From a virus (taxonomy: Duplodnaviria; Caudoviricetes): a stretch of DNA of 38,046 nucleotides. The notes under the pieces were generated by a model. That model was not told the origin of the DNA. It did not search any database and worked only from the letters and a program-made list of their open reading frames with translations. Shown one piece after another: positions 8,623-17,536 of this stretch; position 1 is the stretch's first letter, and the number at the start of each line of letters is the position of its first letter. The stretch is taken from positions 1-38,046 of IMG/VR virus record IMGVR_UViG_3300020045_008411; one strand, given 5' to 3'. The position numbers were made by a program, and so were the translations under genes.

Positions 8623-9060
8623 TTACACCCGCACCAAGGTGAAGTGATGCCATTCGCGGGGGTCATCAGCAGGGCAAACGAGGCGGAGGATATCGGAACC
8701 TTGTTCGCCTTGGAAGGTGCCGAGGTCTTCGCCTTTGTAGCTCACGCGCCAGAAGGGGGCCGGGTCGATATAATCGTCGTTTTCGTCGCGAGGGAGGGTG
8801 CCGATGATCTCACGGGCTGTCCAATAACCAGCCTCTTCGATCTCATCCTTCTTGGCCTTGTAGCGGTCGCAAAGCGCATAGCGGCCCGCTTCATATTCAA
8901 GATCGGAGGCTTCGCTCAGCATCTTTTCAGCTTTCTCTCGGAGCAGTTTGGCCTTCGCCCGGTCGGCTGCCTTCATGCGTTCAATTGTCTTTTCAGCTTT
9001 TTTGTTCGCGGCGAGGGTCAGCTTGTGTTCGTTGGCGAGTTCGTGTTCGCGGATAAACAT
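8623..9060 (-). CDS. Hypothetical protein with coiled-coil N-terminus, 145 aa
   Basis: Start corrected by RBS. Confidence 0.8.
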   Translation of the reverse strand: MFIREHELANEHKLTLAANKKAEKTIERMKAADRAKAKLLREKAEKMLSEASDLEYEAGRYALCDRYKAKKDEIEEAGYWTAREIIGTLPRDENDDYIDPAPFWRVSYKGEDLGTFQGEQGSDILRLVCPADDPREWHHFTLVRV

Positions 9061-9206
9061 GGTCGGTCTCCTACCGGGTGCGTCCGGTGATTCGTTTGTA
9101 TGTGAGGCAACCGATTCGCACAAGCACTTATTCCACCATTCGTGAATTTCGGTTAACCTTAACATTCGTTACCGGTGAAAATGGGGAGGGGCCGGAGCCC
9201 CTCCCG

Positions 9207-10040
9207 TCATTCCCATTCGGCATAGTCAGCGATGGCGATATCGTTCGCCCATACACTGCCCACAAAGCCATATACCGAATCGATCCCGTACCTGCGCCCG
9301 GAGTCCAGTTCGAACGTCGCCGGGAGGGTGACAGTCTTTGTCGCCGTCACATCTCCCATGCAGCCCGCGCCGTTCCAGCTAGTATGGAAAAGCAGCATCG
9401 AGTCCGGGCCGATTGTTACCGAAGCCGGTTTGCCGTGTTTGTAAACCGCTTGCAGGTCGATGCGGCCCAGCACTTTGAGGCGCTCGTGATAATACATCGA
9501 CTCCGCTGCCCAGCCATCAATGCCGAATTTGTCGGCAAGGTACTTCTGGCGGGCGGCATTGTCCTCGTCGCTCAAGTCACCGTTGGGCGGGCCGATCCCG
9601 TCGCCGTCCGTGTCTGGTGCTTCTGGGTCGGTAGGAAGGGCCACGAAATAGCCCCGTGAGGCGTTCCTGAGGCATGTTTCCAGCAGGTCGGTGCAATCCA
9701 CCACGGTTGCTTGATTGAAGGCTTCCTTCACCTCTTCCGGCATGTCCCGCCATTCGAGGTCGTCAAGTTCGTCGTTGACCGCAAAGTCATCCGGGAAAAG
9801 GATCATAATCCGTTCGCCAAATTCGCGGATGATATCCGCGTGGAGGTCGGACCAGTCGGCATAGAAAGAAGCATTGTCTTCCACTGCCGCCCACGCCTCG
9901 TCAAAGGCTTGGCGGTTTTCCAGCAGCAAAGCAATTTGCTCATTGCTCAACGTGTCGTCGTAGCTGCCATAAACCTCGTAGGGCTTGGCTTCCACCTTGT
10001 CGCTTATCTCGGCCAGCAGAATCGTTTTCGCGTCGGTCAT
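9207..10040 (-). CDS. Acidic hypothetical protein, 277 aa (MTDAKTILL...)
   Basis: AAGGA RBS; ends at a terminator. Confidence 0.8.
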   Translation of the reverse strand: MTDAKTILLAEISDKVEAKPYEVYGSYDDTLSNEQIALLLENRQAFDEAWAAVEDNASFYADWSDLHADIIREFGERIMILFPDDFAVNDELDDLEWRDMPEEVKEAFNQATVVDCTDLLETCLRNASRGYFVALPTDPEAPDTDGDGIGPPNGDLSDEDNAARQKYLADKFGIDGWAAESMYYHERLKVLGRIDLQAVYKHGKPASVTIGPDSMLLFHTSWNGAGCMGDVTATKTVTLPATFELDSGRRYGIDSVYGFVGSVWANDIAIADYAEWE

Positions 10041-10050
10041 TTTGTTGTCC

Positions 10051-10185
10051 TTACAGAACGGCATTGGCGAGGAAAAGGTGGCTTTGCTTAGCCCGCCGGT
10101 TGCGCCGAATTTCCAGCTTGTCAGCGCGTTCGATACGCTTGAGGTCGCGGCCTTCGCCCTTCTTGTCTTTGAAGATGATACGCAT
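10051..10185 (-). CDS. Basic peptide, 44 aa (MRIIFKDKKGEGRDLKRIERADKLEIRRNRRAKQ...)
   Basis: GGGAGAC RBS; first gene of its cassette. Confidence 0.7.
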   Translation of the reverse strand: MRIIFKDKKGEGRDLKRIERADKLEIRRNRRAKQSHLFLANAVL

Positions 10186-10299
10186 GTTCTGTCTCCCAGC
10201 GGTGATTCGCTGTGACAAGTGATTCGCATATTCCATCAGATAGGTCAACGACTAAATCCACGACAAATATGGTTAATCGAGGACAGGTCGGTGTTAACC

Positions 10300-10413
10300 T
10301 TAACAATTGGTTACGGACATAAAAAGGCCGGGTTGACATGACATCAACCCGGCGGCGAGGATCAGCAGGCACGCGCCCGCGATGAGGCGGGCTAGGGCGT
10401 CGATCAGCCCCAA
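10300..10413 (-). CDS. Lipobox peptide paralog 1 (MGLIDALARLIAGACLLILAAGLMSCQPGLF...)
   Basis: Not in the ORF track; homologous to three other copies; start uncertain (TTG 10413 or CTG 10407); terminator hairpin lies within the ORF. Confidence 0.6.
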   Translation of the reverse strand: MGLIDALARLIAGACLLILAAGLMSCQPGLFMSVTNC

Positions 10414-10748
10414 GCCAGATAGAACCTTATCCACTCACCTAGTACCGGCTGCCCGCCGTTCTCAGCGGCGGCGGCAATCTCGGTCCACGCCATATCCGGG
10501 TGCGTGTTGAATGCCTTTGCTTTGTCCCGCACGTAACTCTCACCGTCGAGCGTCAGGGGGTTTTCCAGAAACAGTCCGCAATAGTCGCAATGCTGCGGGC
10601 TGTCAGCTTCCCCGCCGCCTTCCACATAGGGGCCTTGCGGGTACTTGTCGCTATCTTCCCGTTCGTCCGTCGGGGTGTGGCTTCCCGCGCAGGCTTCGCT
10701 GGCACAGTCGGTGCAGAGCAGGGCGGCTTGAAAAACATAAACGTCCAT
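10404..10748 (-). CDS. Cys-rich (CxxC x2) hypothetical protein, 114 aa
   Basis: GGAGAC RBS; CTDC and CDYC motifs. Confidence 0.8.
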   Translation of the reverse strand: MDVYVFQAALLCTDCASEACAGSHTPTDEREDSDKYPQGPYVEGGGEADSPQHCDYCGLFLENPLTLDGESYVRDKAKAFNTHPDMAWTEIAAAAENGGQPVLGEWIRFYLAWG

Positions 10749-10894
10749 CGGTCTGTCTCCATTTAACTGATTGAACTGTAGGCGAGTCGTCCTGTTAGGT
10801 CAAGCAGTTAATCCACCAATAGTTAACGAATAGGGCGATCCCGTTAAGGTTAACAAATTGGTATACCCAAAGAAAAAGGGCCGAAGCCCTCTTT

Positions 10895-11062
10895 CTATTT
10901 GGCGTGTGTTTTTAGGAACGCCTCGGCTCGCTCGACCGCCGCTTCCGCTTGTTCGATTGTATAACAATCCCTTGTCCACCCAGCGTCAAGAATTAGGACC
11001 GCTTCCACGTCCGAGAGCGTTTGCAAAAGTTCCCGGATTATCGCCAGTGCCTCGGCGTTCAT
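10895..11062 (-). CDS. Hypothetical protein, 55 aa (MNAEALAII...)
   Basis: ATGA overlap; ends at a terminator. Confidence 0.65.
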   Translation of the reverse strand: MNAEALAIIRELLQTLSDVEAVLILDAGWTRDCYTIEQAEAAVERAEAFLKTHAK

Positions 11063-11550
11063 TCGCCGAAGTAGAAGCAGGCGACGTAGGCGCTCAGTGC
11101 GTCGTCTTCTTCTTCCGTGGTGGTGTGGTAGTCCGTCCACGGCGTGCCCCAATCCTGCCATTGCAAGCGCGGTACGCCGTACAGGCTGCCGCGATCCAGC
11201 GCGCCGGTGATCCGCAAGGCGGGGCCTCCCGTGGAGAGCAGAAGCGAAAACTCTTCGGCTTCGGCGGTTTCGCCGGGGTTATACCAACCGGAGCGAACTT
11301 GCAGCGAAAGAGGCTCACCATGGATTCGCTCTTCGATTGCGTCGGCGTCTTCTTCGCGGTCGATCATGCCGGTGCCGTCGCAGACCGGGCATTCCTCGTC
11401 TTTTCCGTTGCTTGCCGATTGCGTGGTTCCGGTGCCTTCGCATTGACCGCATTCGATCTGGTCGGATATGCGCGCTTCGGCGAGATCGGCCATTGATGCG
11501 ACAATATCAGCCAACCAATTTTTTGCGTTCTGAACTGCGTGGTCGCTCAT
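11059..11550 (-). CDS. Hypothetical protein with DnaJ-type Zn-finger repeats, 163 aa
   Basis: CGQCEGTG...CPVCDGTG motifs; AGGAGAC RBS. Confidence 0.8.
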   Translation of the reverse strand: MSDHAVQNAKNWLADIVASMADLAEARISDQIECGQCEGTGTTQSASNGKDEECPVCDGTGMIDREEDADAIEERIHGEPLSLQVRSGWYNPGETAEAEEFSLLLSTGGPALRITGALDRGSLYGVPRLQWQDWGTPWTDYHTTTEEEDDALSAYVACFYFGE

Positions 11551-11741
11551 GTTCGTAGTCTCCTAGGCTGCATTGCCTGTCTGGTCAGTAGCCTAGGCAA
11601 GCGATTCGCGCAAGCACTAATTCCACCACTTTACACCAATAGTTAATCCTGTGTGGAGTTTGTTAAGGTTAACGAATGCTCTCCAATTAAGTGAGGGGAG
11701 GGGCGACCAAACCCCTCCCCTCTAACCGGGAACCTTTCGGT

Positions 11742-11927
11742 TCAACCGGCCGGAGTCGATTCCTTCGCAGCGCGGTTCTGTTCATTCTGTTTGTCCACGA
11801 TGCCTGCGAGGCGCATGAGTTCTTCGCGGGCCATGTTTTCGCCGACAGGGGAGCCGTTTTGAAGGGCGGCGATGAGGGCTGGCATGATGCCGGTCCACGT
11901 GGGAGTCAGATCGATCATTTCTTTCAT
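11742..11927 (-). CDS. Hypothetical protein, 61 aa (MKEMIDLTPTW...)
   Basis: ATGA overlap with the RMF-like gene. Confidence 0.7.
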   Translation of the reverse strand: MKEMIDLTPTWTGIMPALIAALQNGSPVGENMAREELMRLAGIVDKQNEQNRAAKESTPAG

Positions 11928-12073
11928 GTCATTGATCCTTGGTTGGTGCGGTGCCGGGTGTGTCCGTTGTCCCACTGGTAGGCCTCCAGCGAGCCTGATG
12001 GGTGCGGGTTCTTCCACCATTTCGTACCTGCGCGGGCTGCTTCGTACCCGGCGAGCGAGATGCTCTCGCTCAT
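11924..12073 (-). CDS. RMF/CrpP-fold-like small protein, 49 aa
   Basis: Not in the ORF track. MSESISLAGYEAARAGTKWWKNPHPSGSLEAYQWDNGHTRHRTNQGSMT has the GY.A...G......(N/C)P(Y/H)....W..G pattern of ribosome modulation factor. ATGA overlaps at both ends. Confidence 0.6.
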   Translation of the reverse strand: MSESISLAGYEAARAGTKWWKNPHPSGSLEAYQWDNGHTRHRTNQGSMT

Positions 12074-12324
12074 CCCCATTGCTCGTCGTGTTTCGCCGCA
12101 ATCTCATTCAGCGCCGCCTTGTGATCGTCCGAAAAGCGATCCCAGAAATCTTGCACGCAATCCATACCATAGCAAGGCTCTTCCGATACCTCCGGGCGGG
12201 GTGCGTTGTACAGTACCACACAAGCCCAAAGGGCTTCATAGAGGCCGGGAACAGCCAGAACGCCGTCGTAGCATTCGGCGACTTCGTCCGGGCGGACAAT
12301 TTCAAAAGAGGGGTGCGGCTTCAT
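12070..12324 (-). CDS. Hypothetical protein, 84 aa
   Basis: Start corrected by AGGAGAC RBS. Confidence 0.75.
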   Translation of the reverse strand: MKPHPSFEIVRPDEVAECYDGVLAVPGLYEALWACVVLYNAPRPEVSEEPCYGMDCVQDFWDRFSDDHKAALNEIAAKHDEQWG

Positions 12325-12444
12325 TGGTCGGTCTCCTGATTGGTTGGTGAAGGGCTTCGCCTTTGCTCGGCTGCACCTCTTCACCTGATTTGCTTTTAGA
12401 TGGGTGAACCGATTCGGTCAAGCACTAAATCCACCTAAATGCGA

Positions 12445-12582
12445 TTAACAGTTAAGGACGCAGGAGCTTGTTAACCTTAACGAATTACTACCATAAAAAT
12501 AGGGGCTGGTACAAGCTACCAGCCCCATTGCGATGATCAGGAGGATGACTCCCATGAGTAATCGGCTCAGCGCATCAATCAT
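12445..12582 (-). CDS. Lipobox peptide paralog 2 (MIDALSRLLMGVILLIIAMGLVACTSPYFYG...)
   Basis: ATG with GAGGAG RBS and ATGA overlap; lipobox LVAC; terminator within the ORF. Confidence 0.7.
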   Translation of the reverse strand: MIDALSRLLMGVILLIIAMGLVACTSPYFYGSNSLRLTSSCVLNC

Positions 12583-13004
12583 TCGTTCTCCTCGGGAACG
12601 TCCCACGAGAGAAGGAACCACGCTTGGCAGTAATCGTCGCAGTCGTCGCCGTCGTCGTCGATCAGTACTTCCAGCGAGGAATCAAAAGGCATATCGAGCC
12701 GATCCGCATTCTCCTCCCGTAGTCGAGCAAGGGCCGCCTTCCCTGCCTCGTAGTCGAAACCTCGGCGATTTTCACCCATGGACCAACCCACGTTTTGGTA
12801 TTCGCTTTCGAGTTCGTCCAGAACGCAGCCGATCGAGGTATTGCCGAAGACAATAGCGCCCAGCAGCAGTTCGCCATCGCGATTGTGATGATCCCTGAGG
12901 TAGCCTGACAGGCAAGTGTCGATATGCGCCCAGATGAATGCCTCGCCGGCCGCTTCGCGGGCAGAGCGGAGTTGTTCATCGAGCGAAGGAAGTAGAATGG
13001 CCAT
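12579..13004 (-). CDS. Hypothetical protein, 141 aa
   Basis: Start corrected by RBS. Confidence 0.75.
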   Translation of the reverse strand: MAILLPSLDEQLRSAREAAGEAFIWAHIDTCLSGYLRDHHNRDGELLLGAIVFGNTSIGCVLDELESEYQNVGWSMGENRRGFDYEAGKAALARLREENADRLDMPFDSSLEVLIDDDGDDCDDYCQAWFLLSWDVPEENE

Positions 13005-13163
13005 TGGCTGTCTCCTAGCACTGAATTGCGCTGCATTTGCTCTAGGAGTTTGGTGAGTGATTCGCAAGCAAATAATCCACTAAATATTCCACCAACTAAG
13101 GTAATCAATTGTTAAGGTTAATGATGTGTTGAGATGAAAGGAAAAGGGCCGGAGCCCTTTTCC

Positions 13164-13319
13164 CTATACTTCAAACTCGCAAAGGATATTATCATCCTCG
13201 TCCACGACTTGCGTGTGATAGCCAGTGGTATCCCACAGTTGTTCGGCAATCGTTTCGGCTGTGTCTTTGCTGAGATGGCTTCGGCGAACTACGCCATTTA
13301 CTTTGACTCGATATGCCAT
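13164..13319 (-). CDS. Hypothetical protein, 51 aa (MAYRVKVNGV...)
   Basis: Not in the ORF track; GGGGA RBS; stop abuts the terminator. Confidence 0.65.
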   Translation of the reverse strand: MAYRVKVNGVVRRSHLSKDTAETIAEQLWDTTGYHTQVVDEDDNILCEFEV

Positions 13320-13334
13320 AACTATCCCCAATCT

Positions 13335-13541
13335 CTAGTAGGTAACTTTGAAGCCAACAGGCTGGATTGCCAGAACGCGACCATCGCGCATGTAGGCATC
13401 GGCACAATCGTGGTGATCCGAGTCATCTTCCATGAACGCGGGGTTCATTTCGTTCACCGCATTCTTCGCTTCGGCGAAGGTCGCCACCGTCGCGAGGATG
13501 GTGTGGCGTCCGTTCATGTTCGTTTCAATGATTTCGATCAT
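13335..13541 (-). CDS. Hypothetical protein, 68 aa
   Basis: GGAGAC RBS. Confidence 0.75.
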   Translation of the reverse strand: MIEIIETNMNGRHTILATVATFAEAKNAVNEMNPAFMEDDSDHHDCADAYMRDGRVLAIQPVGFKVTY

Positions 13542-13558
13542 TGGCCTGTCTCCGTTGG

Positions 13559-13608
13559 TGATTCGTTTCTAGGACAGACAACCGATTCGGTCAAGCACTT
13601 ATTCCACC
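13559..13608 (-). promoter_or_regulatory. Representative cassette promoter (sigma70-type) with two GANTC sites
   Basis: Minus strand reads ggtggaataagtgc-TTGACC-gaatcggttgtctgtcc(17 nt)-TAGAAA-cgaatca, followed by RBS GGAGAC and ATG. The same layout recurs in most of the 35 modules. Confidence 0.85.
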
Positions 13609-13676
13609 AATGTGCGAACTATTGTTAAGGTTAATAGTCATTCATAAATAAAAGAAAGGGGGCCGAAGCCCCCAAC

Positions 13677-13862
13677 TTAATCAACTTTGACAAATTCAAC
13701 TTCATCGATTTCCCAAGTCAGACAATCGGTCTCCCATGATTCGCTGTTGTCGAAGTTGTATTCCTCCACGATCTGGCGGGCCTCTTCCGCCGTATCGGCT
13801 TCGACTTCGATTCGCTGGCGGGTCTTTTCGATCGCGATATATTCAATCAAGAACTTGGCCAT
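13677..13862 (-). CDS. Small acidic protein, 61 aa (IEVEADTAEEA motif, DpnD/PcfM-like)
   Basis: GGGAGAC RBS; common phage V-E-A-x-x-x-E-E-A motif. Confidence 0.75.
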   Translation of the reverse strand: MAKFLIEYIAIEKTRQRIEVEADTAEEARQIVEEYNFDNSESWETDCLTWEIDEVEFVKVD

Positions 13863-14215
13863 TATGCTGTCTCCCTAAGGCGTGGTCGTTCGGTTGCGTA
13901 AGTCTTGCGGGCCTCGCTGATGGCTTCGCTAATCATGTCGGTGAAGTAGGAGCCGTGGCGTCCCTTTGCGCCTACGTGGTCGCGGAAGTCCTCTGGGTTT
14001 GCGTAGAGCGAGCCGCCAAGGTAGGCTTCGCCGATGGTGTTACCGGTCGCGCGTTCGAGGATTTCAGCGTGGAACGTATAGCAAGCCCATTCGCCGCTTG
14101 CGAGTTTTTCAGCCACTTCGCCGGTGTCGTCCCACGACAGGTCCACCGTGTCCTGATCGTAATCGCAGGACATGCGGGCGATGAAGTTTTTGGTATTGAA
14201 CTGCCAGATGATCAT
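13862..14215 (-). CDS. Hypothetical protein, 117 aa
   Basis: Start corrected by RBS. Confidence 0.8.
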   Translation of the reverse strand: MIIWQFNTKNFIARMSCDYDQDTVDLSWDDTGEVAEKLASGEWACYTFHAEILERATGNTIGEAYLGGSLYANPEDFRDHVGAKGRHGSYFTDMISEAISEARKTYATERPRLRETA

Positions 14216-14324
14216 GGTCTGTCTCCGTTGGTGATTCGTTACTAGGACAGACAACCGATTCGGTCAAGCACTTAATCCACCAATAGTTAATGCCGGCGCA
14301 TGTGTTGTTAACCTTAACAAGATA

Positions 14325-14420
14325 CTAACCAGCAAAAGGAACGGGGTGGCACGCAGCCACCCCGCAAGCGATGAGTAAGAGCATTACGCCCATGACGAGT
14401 CTACTGAGGCCATCGATCAA
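14325..14420 (-). CDS. Lipobox peptide paralog 3 (MIDGLSRLVMGVMLLLIACGVAACHPVPFAG)
   Basis: TTG start overlapping the upstream TGA; lipobox VAAC; hairpin within the ORF. Confidence 0.65.
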   Translation of the reverse strand: MIDGLSRLVMGVMLLLIACGVAACHPVPFAG

Positions 14421-14815
14421 GCTGCTTGCGCAAGCTCCCCCAGAGGGTTGACGCCGTAGTGATTTGCCACGTCGAGCAGAATCGTGTCCAGATAGTCGAG
14501 CGATGCTTCGTGAAGTTCGCGCACGCTCTTTTCAGTGCATCGGGCCAGTGGGTTGGTCTTTACCGGTCGCGAATAGTCACCAGCGCCGACAAAGCTGATC
14601 GCGTGCCGGAAGCCATAATCGGTCTTGTAAACGACAGTCGCACTCGCGCGCAGGCCGCCGTTGTACTGCTTGCCGGTGGTGATTTCGAGTTGGGCCAAAC
14701 CGGGGGTGTCGCAGGACATGACATCCTTTTCGATCACGCCGGGGAGGGGGATGATCGATTTGGCTTCCCAGCCATTGCGGTCACTCTTGGTCAAGGTGGT
14801 GGTCGGTCGTTCCAT
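14417..14815 (-). CDS. Hypothetical protein, 132 aa
   Basis: GGAGA RBS; module upstream. Confidence 0.8.
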   Translation of the reverse strand: MERPTTTLTKSDRNGWEAKSIIPLPGVIEKDVMSCDTPGLAQLEITTGKQYNGGLRASATVVYKTDYGFRHAISFVGAGDYSRPVKTNPLARCTEKSVRELHEASLDYLDTILLDVANHYGVNPLGELAQAA

Positions 14816-14970
14816 TGTCTATCTCCACCGCTCTATTGCGGTGATTCGTTTCTAGGACAGACAACCGATTCGGTCAAGCACTTATTCCACCAATAGTTAA
14901 TGCCGGCGCATGTGTTGTTAACCTTAACGATCGGTTAAGGGTAAAAGGAAAGAGGCCGAAGCCCCTCGCC

Positions 14971-15471
14971 TTAGCAGTAGTAGATTCGTTCCCCGTCAAA
15001 ATAGAACTCGCCGCCGCGATCCGCCCGTGTGTCCGCGTTCATGGCCTCAAGGCAAGGCGCGTCGCCATTGTCGGTGAAGCTGACTCCGTGACCGACAAAC
15101 AACATGTAGAACGTGGAGCCGATGCTTTCGTGGGTGATGTAGTTGCGCCCGTATTGCAGGCCCGGTTCGCCCGGTACAAGGTCCAATGCCGCCTCGATTG
15201 CGTCCGCGTTGCGGGCCATGAAGCCCTCGCAGAGGTTCTTGCAGGTCTGATAGATCGGCTCTGCCAGCGTGTAGATCGTTCCCGTGTCCCCTTCCTCGCG
15301 CTCTTCCTCGCTGGCCGCATCGGCTTCACTATATTGCAGGTCTTGCAGCATGGTGGCAATGAAATCAGCAAGGATCGGACAAGCCTGAAAATCAGCCTTG
15401 CGAGCGGCTTCCTGTGCGCGGGTGGCTTCGTCCACTTCGTGGAAGGCGGTATAATCGCGGGCGTTAGGCAT
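14971..15471 (-). CDS. Acidic hypothetical protein, 166 aa
   Basis: Start corrected by RBS. Confidence 0.8.
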   Translation of the reverse strand: MPNARDYTAFHEVDEATRAQEAARKADFQACPILADFIATMLQDLQYSEADAASEEEREEGDTGTIYTLAEPIYQTCKNLCEGFMARNADAIEAALDLVPGEPGLQYGRNYITHESIGSTFYMLFVGHGVSFTDNGDAPCLEAMNADTRADRGGEFYFDGERIYYC

Positions 15472-15616
15472 TGGTCTATCTCCGTTCAACTGATTCGGTT
15501 TTAGGTTAGATCACCGATTAGGTCAAGCAGATAATCTACCATGAATTAACATAAGGTACGTGGTTGTTAAGGTTAATGTGTAGTTACCGGAAAAAGGAAA
15601 GGGCCGAAGCCCTCGC

Positions 15617-16030
15617 CTATTCGCAATTGAGAAATTCGCGCTCCACATATTTGCGGAGATTCGTATTGCGCCGAAGTACCGTATCAGGGGAGGGATTCCA
15701 ACCGCCGCCGCTTACATATTCGGATTCATCTTTACCGAAGCGAAGAACCGATTCGAAATCTCGTTCGATACCGCCATAGGCCTGTGCCGCGTAGATCAGA
15801 TCATCGCGGGAGGCTTCTACGGGAGTCATGCCGATAACATCAAGCATGTTAGCAGCCTTCGCAGGGTCGATAAAGATATGGCCCTTGTCCACGTGAAAGA
15901 GATTGTCAGGCCCGCCCGCGTCGCTGCAAGGTGTTACCACCACCGCTTGGATATAATCCGATCCATCATCCAGCCAATAGAAGCCGCCACATTCCAGATT
16001 AATATCGCCGCTGTACTTCCACTTCGCCAT
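15617..16030 (-). CDS. Hypothetical protein, 137 aa
   Basis: GGAGAC RBS; terminator downstream. Confidence 0.8.
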   Translation of the reverse strand: MAKWKYSGDINLECGGFYWLDDGSDYIQAVVVTPCSDAGGPDNLFHVDKGHIFIDPAKAANMLDVIGMTPVEASRDDLIYAAQAYGGIERDFESVLRFGKDESEYVSGGGWNPSPDTVLRRNTNLRKYVEREFLNCE

Positions 16031-16191
16031 GGTCTTGTCTCCACCGCTTGCTTGCGGTGATTCGTTCTATGACAGACAAGCGATTCGGTCAAGCACTTAT
16101 TCCACGAATAATGGTTAACGCCGGCGGCCGTTATGTTAACCTTAACAGATCGTTACCGTCAAAGGAAAGGGGCGGATCGCTCCGCCCCTTG

Positions 16192-16833
16192 TCATTCGTC
16201 CAGAGGCTCAGGCGGTTCCGCCTCGCAATCCCAGAGAGGGGCCGGGTCGGATTCATCCCAGAGGTCAAGCGGGGTGTGATATTCAGGCCCTGCAAGATCG
16301 TAATCCTCCGGCAGCAGGTAAAGTGCGGCTTCGCGATACGTGTCAAACTCCGGGTCACCATCGCCGCCAAATTCCACAGCGTTATCATCGCGGCGGATGG
16401 CGAAGCGGCCATTGCTATGGTAAATTGATTCGGTCGGGCCGCCGGTCTGTCGGTTGTTACGTGAGGTATATTGCAAATCCGACCAGCCTTGGAAGTCCAA
16501 CGCTTCATCGCGGCTTGCCGCCACAGGGGCAAGGGCCAGCCAATCGGCGAAGCCACTATTAAGGCCGTAATACACGCAATCTCGAACCGCCTTAGGCAAG
16601 TCAATCCACCGCAAGTCGCGTGACGTGCCGGACTCGGTGACTTCCTCCACATAAGCCAGATCGATCGACTCGCCCCACATACCGAAGCCTTGCGGGTGAG
16701 TCGGATATGCAGATGAAGCGAAGTAATCACCATCGCAGGTGATAATCGTGAACCGATCAGCGGTTGCGCCGCCGTTGTCAATGATTCGAAAGATGAACGG
16801 CTTGAGGTCGTCCAACGATTCAAAAAGCTGCAT
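16192..16833 (-). CDS. Acidic hypothetical protein, 213 aa (DNGGATADRFT motif)
   Basis: GGAGAC RBS; terminator downstream. Confidence 0.8.
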   Translation of the reverse strand: MQLFESLDDLKPFIFRIIDNGGATADRFTIITCDGDYFASSAYPTHPQGFGMWGESIDLAYVEEVTESGTSRDLRWIDLPKAVRDCVYYGLNSGFADWLALAPVAASRDEALDFQGWSDLQYTSRNNRQTGGPTESIYHSNGRFAIRRDDNAVEFGGDGDPEFDTYREAALYLLPEDYDLAGPEYHTPLDLWDESDPAPLWDCEAEPPEPLDE

Positions 16834-16978
16834 GGTCTTGTCTCCACCGCTTGCTTGCGGTGATTCGTTCTAGGACTAGCAACCGATTCAGTCAAGCACT
16901 TATTCCACGAAAAGATAGTTAACGATCGGACGGGTGATGTTAACCTTAACAAGTCATTACCGGGTAGAGGCTTTCGCC

Positions 16979-17170
16979 TCAGTACCCCATTCCCGTCAAC
17001 CTTTCGCCCATACGGATGGAAGCAGCTTCGCGATTCCGCTGGCACATGGCGAGGAAAGTTTGCGACTTTTTCAGCCGCAGCAGCGCCCGGTGGTGGGCGT
17101 CTCCGTTGTCATCGAATACGCGCTGGCGATGGAAGCGCAAGAGACGCTCCAGCTTCTCTTGCAGGCTCAC
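16979..17170 (-). CDS. Hypothetical protein, 63 aa
   Basis: GTGA overlap. Confidence 0.65.
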   Translation of the reverse strand: MSLQEKLERLLRFHRQRVFDDNGDAHHRALLRLKKSQTFLAMCQRNREAASIRMGERLTGMGY

Positions 17171-17427
17171 AGTTGCTGACCGTTCATAATAAGCAAGGCC
17201 TCTTCTTGCAGGTCGTGAAACAGCTTTAGCAATGTTTCATAGCGGGCGAGGTACGTCGCCCGGTCCATATCGTACTGGGCAGGGCTGCCGACGTAGTCAC
17301 GGCCATGTGGCGCGGTCTCGCGAAGCTTGTCCATAGCGGGACGCAAGGCGTCCATTACTTCCCGGCGTTGATCGACCAACGATTCGCGGGCGGTTCCGTT
17401 CATGTTGACAGTCGGGCGCATAAACAT
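17167..17427 (-). CDS. Hypothetical protein, 86 aa (PTVNMNGT...APHGRDY)
   Basis: Start corrected by GGAGGAGAC RBS. Confidence 0.8.
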   Translation of the reverse strand: MFMRPTVNMNGTARESLVDQRREVMDALRPAMDKLRETAPHGRDYVGSPAQYDMDRATYLARYETLLKLFHDLQEEALLIMNGQQL

Positions 17428-17536
17428 GGTCTTGTCTCCTCCGGTTGTTTCCGGTGATTCGGTTCTAGGACTAGCAACCGATTCGGTCAAGCACTTATTC
17501 CACTAAATGCTAACATCCGTTAACCTTAACAGATCG

